Shown here piece after piece: positions 29,028-38,725 of a stretch of DNA of 64,000 nt. Numbering within the stretch: the first letter of the stretch is position 1; every line of letters begins with the position of its first letter. The notes beneath the pieces are model-generated. The model did not search any database. It was given only the letters and a program-made list of their open reading frames with translations, and was not told the origin of the DNA. The DNA lies in contig CAWGTN010000002.1 in assembly GCA_963825525.1 (NCBI GenBank), positions 608,001 to 672,000 of the forward strand, given 5' to 3'. The stretch comes from an uncultured Chloroflexia bacterium. GTDB taxonomy: Bacteria > Chloroflexota > Limnocylindria > QHBO01. Both the position numbers and the translations under genes were made by a program.

Positions 29028-31049
29028 CCGGCCTCAGCGGCCATGGTCGGCCTTGACCGCAGCTTCAGCCCCCGCAACAGCTGGGCGTTCGCTGCCACCA
29101 CGATGGTCGAGATGCTCATGGCGAGCGCGCCCACGCTCATCGGCAGGATGAATCCCCAGGGCGCGAACAGCCCCGCCGCGACCGGGATGGCCAGGGCGTT
29201 GTAGCCGGTGGCCCAGACGAGGTTCTGGACCATTTTCCGGTAGCTGGCGCGGGACAGCTCGATGGCACCCACGACGTCGCGCGGGTCATCGCTGACCAGC
29301 ACGATCCCCGCCGATTCGACCGCCACGTCCGTTCCGGCGCCGATGGCGATCCCGACATCGGCCTGGGCCAGGGCGGGCGCATCGTTGACGCCATCACCGA
29401 CCATGGCCACCGTCTCTCCGCCCGCCTGGAATCGTCTGACTGCCGCGGCCTTGTCGGCCGGCAGGACCTGCGCGGCAACCTCGTCGATCCCGATCCGGGA
29501 CGCCACCGAATCGGCGACGGCCTGCGAGTCGCCGGTGATCATCGCCACGCGCACGCCGATGCTGTGCAGCCGCTTCACGGCTTCGATCGACTCCGGCCGA
29601 ATCTCGTCCTCGACGGATATGGCACCGAGCACCTTGCCGCCCCGGATCACGGTCATCACCGTCCGGCCGGCTGCGGCCCAGCCCGCGGTCACGCCGTCGA
29701 GGGTCGACGGATGCTCCAGCCCAAGCTCCTCGAGGAGCCGGGGGCCGCCCACGTGGACGACGTCACCGCCGATGGTCGCCTTCGCGCCGCGGCCGGCAAG
29801 GTTCTCGAATCCTGTGGCGGGATGCGGTTCCACACCTCGGGTCTCGGCCCCGGCAACGATCGCTCGGGCCAGCGGATGCTCGCTGTCCAGCTCGACGCCG
29901 GCCGCCAGGGCCAGGACCTCGCGCTCATCCACGCTCGGTGCGGATGCCACCGCGGACAGCACCGGCTCGCCGCGCGTCAGTGTGCCCGTCTTGTCGAAGA
30001 TCACGGTCCGGATGTCCTTGGCGCGCTCCAGGGCCAGCCGATCCTTCACGAGCAGTCCATTCCGCGCCCCGAGCGTGGTGCTGATGGCGATGACCAGCGG
30101 GATCGCCAGCCCCAGGGCATGCGGGCAGGCGATCACGAGGACGGTGGCGGTCCGGATGAGTGCCTGCTCCGGGCTGCCGAGCAGCGTCCAGATCCCGAGC
30201 GTGAGCACGCCCGCAACCAGGGCCACGTAGAAGAGGATGGCGGCCGCACGATCGGCCAATGCCTGCGCCCGGCTGTTCGATGCCTGCGCCTCGGCGACGA
30301 GACGCATGATGCCCGACAGCGCCGTGCCCTCGCCGACGGCCGTGATCCGGATTCGCAGGCTGCCGCCCGCCGCCACGGTCCCCGCCACCACCGGGTCGCC
30401 CGGCTCCCTGGTGACGGTGCGCGACTCGCCGGTGATCATCGACTCGTCGACATCGGCGACACCCTCGACAACCTCGCCATCGGCAGGCACGCGCGCTCCC
30501 GGTCGGACGAGGACCACGTCGCCGATGCCGAGGGCGGCGGTCTTGACGGTCTCGAGTCCCCCATCGGTCACGCGCTCGGCCTCATCGGGAAGGAGCTCCG
30601 CCAGGGCGCTGAGCGCGCCGCGCGCCTGCATGATCGAGCGCATCTCGATCCAGTGGCCCAGGCTCATGACCGAGATCAGGGTGGCGAGCTCCCACCACAC
30701 ATCGATCTCGAAGACGCCGATGGTCGCCGCCCAGCTGGTGACGAAGGCGACGAGGATCGCCATGCTGATGAGCGTCATCATTCCCGGCTGCCGATCGCCG
30801 AGCTCCGTGCGGGCGCCGTCGAGGAAGACCTTGCCGCCGTAGAGGAAGACGATGGTGCCGAGGATCGGGTGGGATCCAGTCGGATCCGGCGAACGCCGGC
30901 GCGGTGTAGCCGAGCCACATCTGGACCTCGTGGCTCCAGATCACTACCGGGATTGTCAGCAGAGCGACGATCCAGAACTGGCGGCGAAAGACGTCCGGGT
31001 CATGACCGGCATGCTTGTCGTGGCCGCCGTGCTGCGCGTGGTCGTTCAC
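29024..31049 (-). CDS. copB: Heavy-metal P1B-3 (CopB-like) copper ATPase; frameshift ~30870
   Basis: His-rich N-terminus (DHAQHGGHDKHAGH) in an upstream frame. TGES, CPHALGL, DKTGT, SEHP, GDGVND, YN and MSIST. Confidence 0.85.
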
Positions 31050-31121
31050 GACACCCGATTGTAGAGAGCCGGCGGCGTCCGCGACCAATCCGGCGTCGGC
31101 TGCTGGGTAGACTGCGGCATC

Positions 31122-31976
31122 GTGCTGACCGTAGTTCTGGCCCTGGGCGCCGCACTCATGTATGGGCTGTCCGACTTCATCGGCGGCCTGCTCTCACGAC
31201 GGACGTCGGCGTGGGCGGTTGCGATCGTCACGCAGGTCACGGCCGTGGTCGCCGTCGGCCTTGCCGCGGTTGTCCTGGGCGGCTCGCCGACGGGTACCGA
31301 CCTGCTCTGGGGTGCGTTCGCCGGCATCGGCACCGGGGGTGGGACGGCGTTTCTGTATCGCGGCCTTGCGAGCGGACGCATGGGGGTGGTGGCTCCCCTC
31401 TCGGCCGTGGGCGCGGCGCTTCTGCCGGTGGCGGTCGGTGTGGTCACCGGCGAACGGCCGTCGGTCATGGTGTGGGTGGGCATCGCCCTCGCCTTCCCGG
31501 CCATCTGGCTCATCAGTACCTCGGGTGATGGTTCGAGCGACGAGGCGACCTCCGCGCCAAGGCGGTTGCCCGCCGGCGTCGTGGACGGCCTGCTGGCCGG
31601 CCTCGGCTTCGGCCTCATGTTCGCGGCACTCGGACAGGTGCCCGACAGCGCCGGCCTGGCGCCACTTGCCGCGGCCGAGGGAGTGTCGATCCTGGTCATC
31701 ATCGGCCTGGCCCTGGCGTTCGGTCAGTCGTGGGTGCCGAGAGATCGGGTGAGCCTCGGCGGGATCGTGGTCGGGGCCACGGCCGCGGTGGCGGCCGTGC
31801 TCTTCCTGTTCGCGAGCCAGGCGGGACTCCTGGCGGTTGCCTCGGTCCTGTCCTCGCTGTATCCCGCCTTCACCGTCCTGCTCGCCGCGGTCGTGCTCCA
31901 TGAGCGAGTGCACCGCTCGCAGGGCATCGGCCTCGTGCTCGCGCTGGCGGCCGTGGCGATGGTGGCGGCCGGATGA
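31122..31976 (+). CDS. EamA/DMT family transporter
   Basis: Ten TM helices. SDFIGG, GRMGVVAPLSA and SLYPAFTVLLA..ER. Confidence 0.88.
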   Translation: MLTVVLALGAALMYGLSDFIGGLLSRRTSAWAVAIVTQVTAVVAVGLAAVVLGGSPTGTDLLWGAFAGIGTGGGTAFLYRGLASGRMGVVAPLSAVGAALLPVAVGVVTGERPSVMVWVGIALAFPAIWLISTSGDGSSDEATSAPRRLPAGVVDGLLAGLGFGLMFAALGQVPDSAGLAPLAAAEGVSILVIIGLALAFGQSWVPRDRVSLGGIVVGATAAVAAVLFLFASQAGLLAVASVLSSLYPAFTVLLAAVVLHERVHRSQGIGLVLALAAVAMVAAG

Positions 31977-32362
31977 CGCGGCAGACGATCCGTGCGGTGA
32001 CGGTCGGCGACCGGATTGCGGACCGGGTCGTGGGTGAGCGGCGGACGCGGCGCCTCGAGGCGTCCGCCATCGTCGTCCCCGGGCACGGGGGCCTGTCGGG
32101 ATACCTCGGGACGCTGAAAGCCCACACAGATGACTTCATGGCGTGGGACGGTCGCGTGGTCGCGTTCGAGTCGGACGGCGAGCCGGAACATCGGGTCGTG
32201 GTGATCGATCGTTACGGCCAGGTCTACGAGGCCGTCACGTCCGGCGACGCCTCGGATCTCCCATCGGCACATGCACTCGAAGAGTGGTTCCGGTTCCTGG
32301 CCACGGCCTGCCCGGAATGTGGGGTGCTCGACGACCCGCGCAGCCGGGACTGGACGCCGTAG
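31973..32362 (+). CDS. Hypothetical protein, redoxin-like fold with C-terminal CPEC
   Basis: VVVIDRYGQVY..LPSAHALEEWFRFLATACPECGV. ATGA overlap with EamA. Confidence 0.6.
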   Translation: MTRQTIRAVTVGDRIADRVVGERRTRRLEASAIVVPGHGGLSGYLGTLKAHTDDFMAWDGRVVAFESDGEPEHRVVVIDRYGQVYEAVTSGDASDLPSAHALEEWFRFLATACPECGVLDDPRSRDWTP

Positions 32363-32445
32363 AGGCTCGCTTCGCTGTTCATGGCGCGACGACGGTTACC
32401 CGATGGCCGACACGCCGGCCAAGGATGGCCGCGCCGACCGGAGAG

Positions 32446-32718
32446 TCAGCGGAGTCGAGTGCCGTGGGCTCTGCGCGCCACGCGCCCGAGAAGGGACATG
32501 GCTTCGGCAAGATCGACACCGAGTGGCTCGAGTGCCCTCCACGCCGCCAGGTACGGTGAGCGGTCCGCGCCCAGGGTCGGGCCCGACTCGATGTCGACCG
32601 ATGCGAGCCAGCCGCGGTCGAAGGCCACGAGCCGCATCACGCGCTCCTGGCCTCCAACCATGATCGTTCGGTGCTGTGAGCGCCAGGTGGGCTGTTGAAC
32701 GGTCAGGTTGCCGGTCAT
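32446..32718 (-). CDS. Hypothetical protein (90 aa)
   Basis: ATGA overlap with the gdhA stop. WLASVD..GPTLG.DRSPYLAAWRALEP. Confidence 0.55.
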   Translation of the reverse strand: MTGNLTVQQPTWRSQHRTIMVGGQERVMRLVAFDRGWLASVDIESGPTLGADRSPYLAAWRALEPLGVDLAEAMSLLGRVARRAHGTRLR

Positions 32719-33995
32719 GGGTAGCGTCCCCGGATCTGGCTTGCCTCGGCGACCCGGGCCACGGCGATGGAGTGAGCGGCCAGTCGGGCGTCGATTCCCT
32801 GTCGACGCTGAAGGTCCGCCACCTCGTCGTAGGCGTGGCCGATGACGCGCTCCAGCTGCTCGGCGACCCGTTCCGCGGGCCACGCGAAGGACTGGAGATT
32901 CTGCACCCACTCGAAGTAGCTGACGATGACGCCACCCGAGTTGCACAGCACGTCCGGCACGACGATCACGTTCCGCTGGTTGAGGATCGGATCGGCGTCA
33001 GGCGTCACGGGGCCGTTCGCGCCTTCGGCGATCACGCGGGCACGAACCTCGTGCGCGTTGTCGCCGGTGATCTGTCCCTCGAGAGCGGCGAGCACAAGCA
33101 GGTCGACGTCGAGTGCCAGCAGCGCCTCGTTGTCGATCGGCGTCGTGCCGGGAGCCCCGGCAATCGAACCGGTCGAGGCCAGGTGCTGCTTGAGCGCCGC
33201 GTGGTCGATCCCCTGGGGGTTGGCCACGCCGCCACCGATGTCCGTCACGGCCACCAGGCGGCCTCCCCGGGCCTGGATCAGTCGCGCCGCTGCCTCGCCG
33301 ACGTTGCCGAATCCCTGCACCGCGAAGGTGGCACCGCGCATGTCGATGCCGGCCTCTCGCAGGGCTCGTTCCGACGTGAACATGACGCCCATGCCCGTCG
33401 CATCGGCGCGCCCCTCGGAGCCGCCAAGGCCGACCGGCTTGCCGGTCACGACGCCGGGAACCGTGTATCCGGCATGCATGCTGACCGTGTCCATGATCCA
33501 GGCCATGGTCTGCGCGTTGGTCCCCACGTCAGGCGCCGGGATGTCGATCTCGGGGCCGATCACTCCCTGCAGCTCGGTCGCGAAGCGTCGGGTCACGCGC
33601 TCAAGCTCGTGGATGGACAGCTCACGCGGGTCAACCGTCACGCCGCCCTTGGCACCGCCGAACGGAACGTTGACGAGTGCGCACTTCCACGTCATCCACA
33701 TGGCAAGAGCCCGGACTTCATCGATGTCGGTGGCCGGGTGGAATCGGATGCCGCCCTTGGCCGGCCCTCGCGCCATGTTGTGCTGGACGCGATAGCCGGT
33801 GAAGACGCGCGCGGTGCCATCGTCCATGGTCACGGGGAAGTTGACGGTCCACTCGCGCTTCGGCACGCGGAGGAGCGCCCGCGTCTCGTGTGAGAGCTCA
33901 AGGTGATTGGCCGCGCGATCGAACTGGGCCAGGGCCGACTCAATCGCGTTCGGCGTGTGTCCCGTGGTGGCGCGCGGCGCTTCGCTGATTGCCAT
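32715..33995 (-). CDS. gdhA: Glu/Leu/Phe/Val dehydrogenase (glutamate dehydrogenase)
   Basis: RGPAKGGIRFHP, MTWKC, GGAKGG, DIPAPDVGT, QGFGNVG, EGANGP and NSGGVIVSYFEWVQN. Confidence 0.93.
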   Translation of the reverse strand: MAISEAPRATTGHTPNAIESALAQFDRAANHLELSHETRALLRVPKREWTVNFPVTMDDGTARVFTGYRVQHNMARGPAKGGIRFHPATDIDEVRALAMWMTWKCALVNVPFGGAKGGVTVDPRELSIHELERVTRRFATELQGVIGPEIDIPAPDVGTNAQTMAWIMDTVSMHAGYTVPGVVTGKPVGLGGSEGRADATGMGVMFTSERALREAGIDMRGATFAVQGFGNVGEAAARLIQARGGRLVAVTDIGGGVANPQGIDHAALKQHLASTGSIAGAPGTTPIDNEALLALDVDLLVLAALEGQITGDNAHEVRARVIAEGANGPVTPDADPILNQRNVIVVPDVLCNSGGVIVSYFEWVQNLQSFAWPAERVAEQLERVIGHAYDEVADLQRRQGIDARLAAHSIAVARVAEASQIRGRYP

Positions 33996-34131
33996 GAATT
34001 ACGGACGTCTCCAAGTTTCGTGGTGTCGTGACCGGCCCGGTGGACCGGCAACCACACGCACGATGCACCCCGTCCGTGACAGAACGGGTTGTGCTCCATG
34101 AACGGGACGTAAACGCCGCTATGCTCCAGCC

Positions 34132-35118
34132 ATGTCGCGACCCGAATCCATCGACGACCTGCTGATCCTCCCGATCGTGGCGCTGCTCACCGATGCATCG
34201 GATGCCGCTGAGCTGGCCGCCTCACTCGACAGGCAGGGGCTTCAGATCTCGCCCTCCCGCGTTGAGGACCTGATGGATCGGGCGACGCGTCTGGGCCTGG
34301 CGAACGTCGTCGGATACGAGCGAGGGGCGGCTCGGTACGTGACCACGGCCCTTGGCGAACGCTCGGTTCGCGCATTGCTTGCGAACGACCCCGAGGTGCG
34401 CGTCGGGCTCGAGGAACTGGAGCGGCTCCGGACGGAACTCCTGGCAACGGTCGGCCACGAGCTGCGCACGCCGCTGACAGCCATCCGGACCAGCGCCGGT
34501 CTGCTGCTCGACCCAGGGCTCTCGCCATCCGACGAGCAGCGGCAATCTCTCCTCGCCACCATCGGACGAAGCGCGGATCGGATGCAGCGCCTTCTCTCGG
34601 AGCTGCTCGACCTGGCGCGTCTGCGGTCCGGCAAGGTCGAACTGAAGCGACGGCGCTTCGATGCACGTGAGGTCACGCGCGAGGTCGCATCGGCACTGGA
34701 ACCGATGGCGCATGCGCGCGACCAGCGCGTGACGGTCGACATTCCACTCACCCCGCTGCCGATCCGTGCGGATCGCGCCCGCATCGAGCAGGCCGTCCTC
34801 AACCTCGCCGCCAACGCCCAGAAGTTCTCTCCCGCCGCGGCGGAGATCCTCCTCCGAACGGCGATTGACGCCGATGACCGCGTGCGCTGGACGGTCACCG
34901 ATCACGGTCCCGGGATCGCGAAGGTGGAGCAGGAACGGCTGTTCGAGCGCTTCTTCGTCGGCACCTCGGACCGGCATGGCGCCGGTGACGGTTCGGGCAT
35001 CGGCCTCCCGACCGCGCTGGCGATTGCCCAGGCGCATGGCGGAACGATCGAGGTCGAGAGCACGGTGGGCGAGGGCAGCACCTTCCACCTGGTCGTCCCC
35101 ACGGGCATGAACCAATGA
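34132..35118 (+). CDS. Cytoplasmic sensor histidine kinase
   Basis: H-box VGHELRTPL, N-box NLAANAQKF, DHGPG, F-box LFERF and G2 GSGIGL. No TM helix. Confidence 0.92.
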   Translation: MSRPESIDDLLILPIVALLTDASDAAELAASLDRQGLQISPSRVEDLMDRATRLGLANVVGYERGAARYVTTALGERSVRALLANDPEVRVGLEELERLRTELLATVGHELRTPLTAIRTSAGLLLDPGLSPSDEQRQSLLATIGRSADRMQRLLSELLDLARLRSGKVELKRRRFDAREVTREVASALEPMAHARDQRVTVDIPLTPLPIRADRARIEQAVLNLAANAQKFSPAAAEILLRTAIDADDRVRWTVTDHGPGIAKVEQERLFERFFVGTSDRHGAGDGSGIGLPTALAIAQAHGGTIEVESTVGEGSTFHLVVPTGMNQ

Positions 35119-35825
35119 AGCTTCTGCTGGTCGACGACGATCCGGAGATCCGTGCCTCGTTGCGCGTGGGTTTCGAGCTGCAATGGCGAGATGTGCACCT
35201 CCTCGAAGCCGCCAACGGTGCCGATGCCCTTCACGCCATCGAATTCGAGCGGCCTGACATCGTGTTGCTTGATGTGGGCCTGCCGGACATCGATGGCTAT
35301 GCGGTGCTCCGCGAGATTCGCGCCTTCTCCGAGGTGCCGGTGATCATGCTGACGGCACGAGACGAGCCGATCGACAAGGTGCGGGGCCTCGAGGCCGGAG
35401 CCGATGACTACGTCGGCAAGCCGTTCGACCACCTCGAGCTCATGGCCCGCGTGCGGGCGGTCCTGCGGCGCATGGATGTGAAGGCGCCGCTGTCCGGGGT
35501 TGCCACGTACCGGCGAGGGGAGCTCGAGATCCACTCCGATGCACGCGAGGCTCGCGTCGGCGGCGCTCGCATTGCCCTCACCTCGACCGAGTGGCGCATC
35601 GTCGAGATTCTCGTCGCCAACGCCGGCTGGATCGTTCCGTACGATCGGATCGCGAACCGGGTCTGGGGGAGGGATGAGCCCTCCGACCTCGACTCACTGC
35701 GGGTGTTCATCCGTCGCCTCCGATCGAAGTTCGGTGATGACGCATCGGCCCCCCGCTACATCGAAACAGCCCGCGGGGTCGGGTATCGGCTTCTCAGCGG
35801 CGACCAGGACCAGCCCGATGGATGA
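35115..35825 (+). CDS. OmpR/KdpE-family response regulator
   Basis: LLVDDD, LLDVGLP, GADDYVGKPF and a wHTH (LRVFIRRLRSK..ETARGVGY). ATGA overlap. Confidence 0.94.
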   Translation: MKLLLVDDDPEIRASLRVGFELQWRDVHLLEAANGADALHAIEFERPDIVLLDVGLPDIDGYAVLREIRAFSEVPVIMLTARDEPIDKVRGLEAGADDYVGKPFDHLELMARVRAVLRRMDVKAPLSGVATYRRGELEIHSDAREARVGGARIALTSTEWRIVEILVANAGWIVPYDRIANRVWGRDEPSDLDSLRVFIRRLRSKFGDDASAPRYIETARGVGYRLLSGDQDQPDG

Positions 35826-35849
35826 CCAGGCGGAAGTTCACGTTAGCCA

Positions 35850-36407
35850 TCAGGGCGCACCGAGATCCAGGTCAACACCCACAATGAGCCCTCCTTCGGT
35901 CACGAAGATGTCGACCGCCCACCATTGCATGCACGTCGTCACCTCGCCCCGATCGGGTTGGATACTCACGACGTGGAGGTCGACCAGCTCGCGAGGCGGG
36001 GGCAACGGCTCATCGGGCGCGGCGCAGCCGCCGTGCCGACCTGCGATGGCCGTGACCGCGCCGGCGTCAGCGACCACGTCGAGAGCGGAGAATGGGCCAA
36101 CCCGTTCCCGAAACCCCTCCGCCCCAGCGTGGATGCGCCAGGCATTCGGGTCCAGCAGCTCAGCGGCCGCCTTGCTCCGGCGCACGTCGCCACCGAGCGC
36201 CAGAGTGATGTCGGGTGCGAGGGGCAGATCAGCGAACGACACCTCGTCACGCGCGACGGCGAACACCATGAAGGCCGATGCGATCGCTTCCGCATCAGGA
36301 GGAGTGACATCGTCCGACGGGCTCGAGTCTGAAGGGCCGCACGCGACAATGACCCCGGCGAGCGCACCGCTGGTGATGATCGTACGGACCTGCCGCATCA
36401 ACGTCAT
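35850..36407 (-). CDS. Putative lipoprotein
   Basis: Lipobox-like GVIVAC. C-terminal GPFSAL..C..SIQP..TCMQWWAVDIF. Confidence 0.6.
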   Translation of the reverse strand: MTLMRQVRTIITSGALAGVIVACGPSDSSPSDDVTPPDAEAIASAFMVFAVARDEVSFADLPLAPDITLALGGDVRRSKAAAELLDPNAWRIHAGAEGFRERVGPFSALDVVADAGAVTAIAGRHGGCAAPDEPLPPPRELVDLHVVSIQPDRGEVTTCMQWWAVDIFVTEGGLIVGVDLDLGAP

Positions 36408-36448
36408 TGTTGCATGGGAACGGGGCGGCGACTCATTGCCAGCTGCCG

Positions 36449-36913
36449 CTATGGGACGATCCCGATCCCGTCCAGCCCTCCAGTCCACGGGTCGAGGCCA
36501 ACGAAGATCATCGCATTGCCGCATGGCAACGGGTCATCGAACACGATGATTCCGTCAAGCGCCTTCCCGTCGGACGAACGCAAGAACTCGGGCGTGGCGT
36601 CCGGATCGGCCAGCTCGAGGCACACCCTGCACGCGTACCCTTCGTCACACCGAATGGTCTCAGTGGCGGCAACATCGAATCCATCCAGTTGAGCCGAGAC
36701 GGACCTTACTGCCTTCTCATACGCGTCGTAGTCAGTCCAGCCCCCGGTCCGATCGATGAGAGACCAGCCGTAGTCGCCCTCGTCCGATGCGAGCGCCTCG
36801 AAGTAGCGCCGAGCCCCATCAAGTGCCATGGCACGGCGCTCCGACGTATCGGCTCCGCCGCATGCCGCGAGCGTTGCGGCGATCGCGAGTGCGGTGGCCG
36901 TTCGGATCAACAA
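36449..36913 (-). CDS. Putative lipoprotein
   Basis: Lipobox TLAAC after a hydrophobic stretch and four further Cys. Start uncertain (TTG). Confidence 0.58.
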   Translation of the reverse strand: MLIRTATALAIAATLAACGGADTSERRAMALDGARRYFEALASDEGDYGWSLIDRTGGWTDYDAYEKAVRSVSAQLDGFDVAATETIRCDEGYACRVCLELADPDATPEFLRSSDGKALDGIIVFDDPLPCGNAMIFVGLDPWTGGLDGIGIVP

Positions 36914-37038
36914 CGGGCGGTCGTTTGGAGCACTGTGCGCAGATCGTACTGGGCAACCACGACTCAAGCCTCTGGAACATCGCGACTTCGTCGACGGGCC
37001 ATGAGGACCGGCGTCATCGGCGACCGGCGAGCGTGAGG

Positions 37039-37115
37039 TGGGGTGGCCTACGGGGCTTGAACCCGTAACCTTCGGAGCCACAATCCGATGCTCTACCGAT
37101 TGAGCTAAGGCCACC
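37039..37115 (-). tRNA. tRNA-His (anticodon GTG), with encoded G-1 and C73
   Basis: Reverse complement GGTGGCCTTAGCTCAATCGGTAGAGCATCGGATTGTGGCTCCGAAGGTTACGGGTTCAAGCCCCGTAGGCCACCCCA. Confidence 0.96.
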
Positions 37116-37206
37116 ACGAAGGCCGCGCGTGGTCACAGCGCGGCGGGCGCTATCGTCGCCGAAACCGATGCGCGGCGCAACCGGACGCACGATCGCCCGC
37201 TGGCCG

Positions 37207-37467
37207 TCAGTCGCGGCGCATCGAACGCAGGACGAACAGGACGAGGATCGAGCCGATCGTCGCGAGGACCAACGCGCCGAGCCACCCCGACGCCTCGTTC
37301 TGGTTGAGCACGTTGACCCACAGGAAGCCGCCGATAAAGCCGCCGACGATGCCCACCAGCATGGTGCCGATGCATCCCATTCGCTCCCGCCCCGGGACGA
37401 AGAAGCCCGCCAGCGCGCCGGCGAGCAGGCCGATGATGATCCAGCCAAAGATCCCGAGATCAGGCAT
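37207..37467 (-). CDS. GlsB/YeaQ/YmgE family stress-response membrane protein
   Basis: GIFGWIIIGLLAGALA..PG..GCIGTMLVGIVGGFIGG..ATIGSILVL. AAGGAG RBS. Confidence 0.9.
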   Translation of the reverse strand: MPDLGIFGWIIIGLLAGALAGFFVPGRERMGCIGTMLVGIVGGFIGGFLWVNVLNQNEASGWLGALVLATIGSILVLFVLRSMRRD

Positions 37468-37516
37468 ATGTCTCTCCTTCAGATGCTGTGCCTCGATGGA
37501 GGCCTGCGCGCAGGAT

Positions 37517-37532
37517 TGCACGGCGTGTGCCG
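37517..37532 (-). promoter_or_regulatory. Putative sigma54 -24/-12 promoter (YeaQ/YmgE gene)
   Basis: Minus strand CGGCACACGCCGTGCA, ~50 nt upstream of the ATG. Confidence 0.6.
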
Positions 37533-37560
37533 TTGCGGCGCCGCGTTCCGCCGCGATGAG

Positions 37561-38046
37561 CTACGGAGCCGGCGCAGGACCGGTCATGTCGAGGACGATG
37601 CTCCCGGACACCACGTCGGTGGCGATGCGCTCGAGCGCAGGATCGCTGGGGTCGAGCGGGAATCCGCTGAAGTCCCAGGCGCGGCCGTCGCAGTCCAGGA
37701 GGCGATCCGCGCCGATCTCGACGGGGCAGCCTTCACGTCCAGGGCTCGCGGCATTCACCGCGCTGAACGCGCCGGTCGCCGAGGGCGCGACGATGACCGA
37801 CACCTGGACCCGTCCCGACCCGGCCTCGCGCTCGCCGGACCATCCCCCGGACCGGCTCAGGACGAGGTCGCGACGAATCGGTCCGCCGGCGAGCTGGGTC
37901 ACGGATGCCACCGTGACGACGGCGTCGTCACGGGGCGGGGCAACGCTGAAGATCGCTGGCCGCACGAGGAGCGCCACGGCGACGACGGCCAGGGCCACGA
38001 ACAGGCAGCCGACGGCCGCTCGGCGAAACGGAGGCGGATCATCCAT
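37561..38046 (-). CDS. Membrane-anchored degenerate Rieske-like protein
   Basis: N-terminal TM, then FSAVNAASPGREGCPV..RLLDCDGRAWDFSG..PALERIAT..GSIVLD. This resembles Rieske C-terminal spacing but lacks CxH/CxxH. Confidence 0.55.
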   Translation of the reverse strand: MDDPPPFRRAAVGCLFVALAVVAVALLVRPAIFSVAPPRDDAVVTVASVTQLAGGPIRRDLVLSRSGGWSGEREAGSGRVQVSVIVAPSATGAFSAVNAASPGREGCPVEIGADRLLDCDGRAWDFSGFPLDPSDPALERIATDVVSGSIVLDMTGPAPAP

Positions 38047-38725
38047 CGACGTCGGCAGGCACGAGCTCGATGAGGGTCGACCCGGTGCAGTTGTAGAACA
38101 GCGTGCCGTTGAGCCGAGCCGTCCGGTCGTCGATCCCGCGACGAACGAGGGCGGTGTGGCCGTGCAGCCAGAGCGGTGGCGAGAGCCGATCCGCCAGCCA
38201 GCGGAAGGCGGTGAATCCACGATGTGCCCGGTCGTGGTCGTCGTTGACGTCGCGCGGCGGCGCGTGGGTGACCAGGATTACCGGCCGTGCCCGTTGCGCG
38301 GCGCTCCATGCGCCGATGACGCCGGCCCACATGCCGAGCGCCGACACCTGCATGCCGCGACGGTTGTAGATCGGCGAGCCGGAGAACCCGAGAAGGCGCA
38401 GGCCGGCCTCCTCGACCAGGCGGCCATCGGGCATCGGCTCCGGCAGCAGGGCGCGGCCGCTGGCGGTCCACGCCGGCCCATGGTCGTGGTTGCCGCGGAT
38501 GAATCGCAGCGGGGCATGGAACGCATCGGCCACGAACGAGAGGTAGTCCGGCTCGAGGTCACCGGCCCCGATGACGAGGTCCACCTTCCCGATTCCTTCC
38601 CGAGTGGCCGCCGAGTCGAGCGTCGGGTCCGGCTCGTCCGAGATGGCAAGGATGCGAATCGAGCTCCGCGCGGGATCAGTGAACGCCAGCGGGTCCGGCC
38701 ATGGGACCGTGAGCCGATCCGTCAT
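38039..38725 (-). CDS. Calcineurin-like metallophosphoesterase
   Basis: ILAISD, GAGD, RGNHD, THAPP and LHGH. ATGA overlap with the upstream gene. Confidence 0.88.
   Translation of the reverse strand: MTDRLTVPWPDPLAFTDPARSSIRILAISDEPDPTLDSAATREGIGKVDLVIGAGDLEPDYLSFVADAFHAPLRFIRGNHDHGPAWTASGRALLPEPMPDGRLVEEAGLRLLGFSGSPIYNRRGMQVSALGMWAGVIGAWSAAQRARPVILVTHAPPRDVNDDHDRAHRGFTAFRWLADRLSPPLWLHGHTALVRRGIDDRTARLNGTLFYNCTGSTLIELVPADVDG

Noticed and set aside
29564-31528. Long antisense/alternate-frame ORFs (also 16926..18455, 37304..38977, 55658..57229 and others)
   Set aside because: These are shadow ORFs typical of high-GC DNA, lying opposite well-supported genes and lacking motifs.
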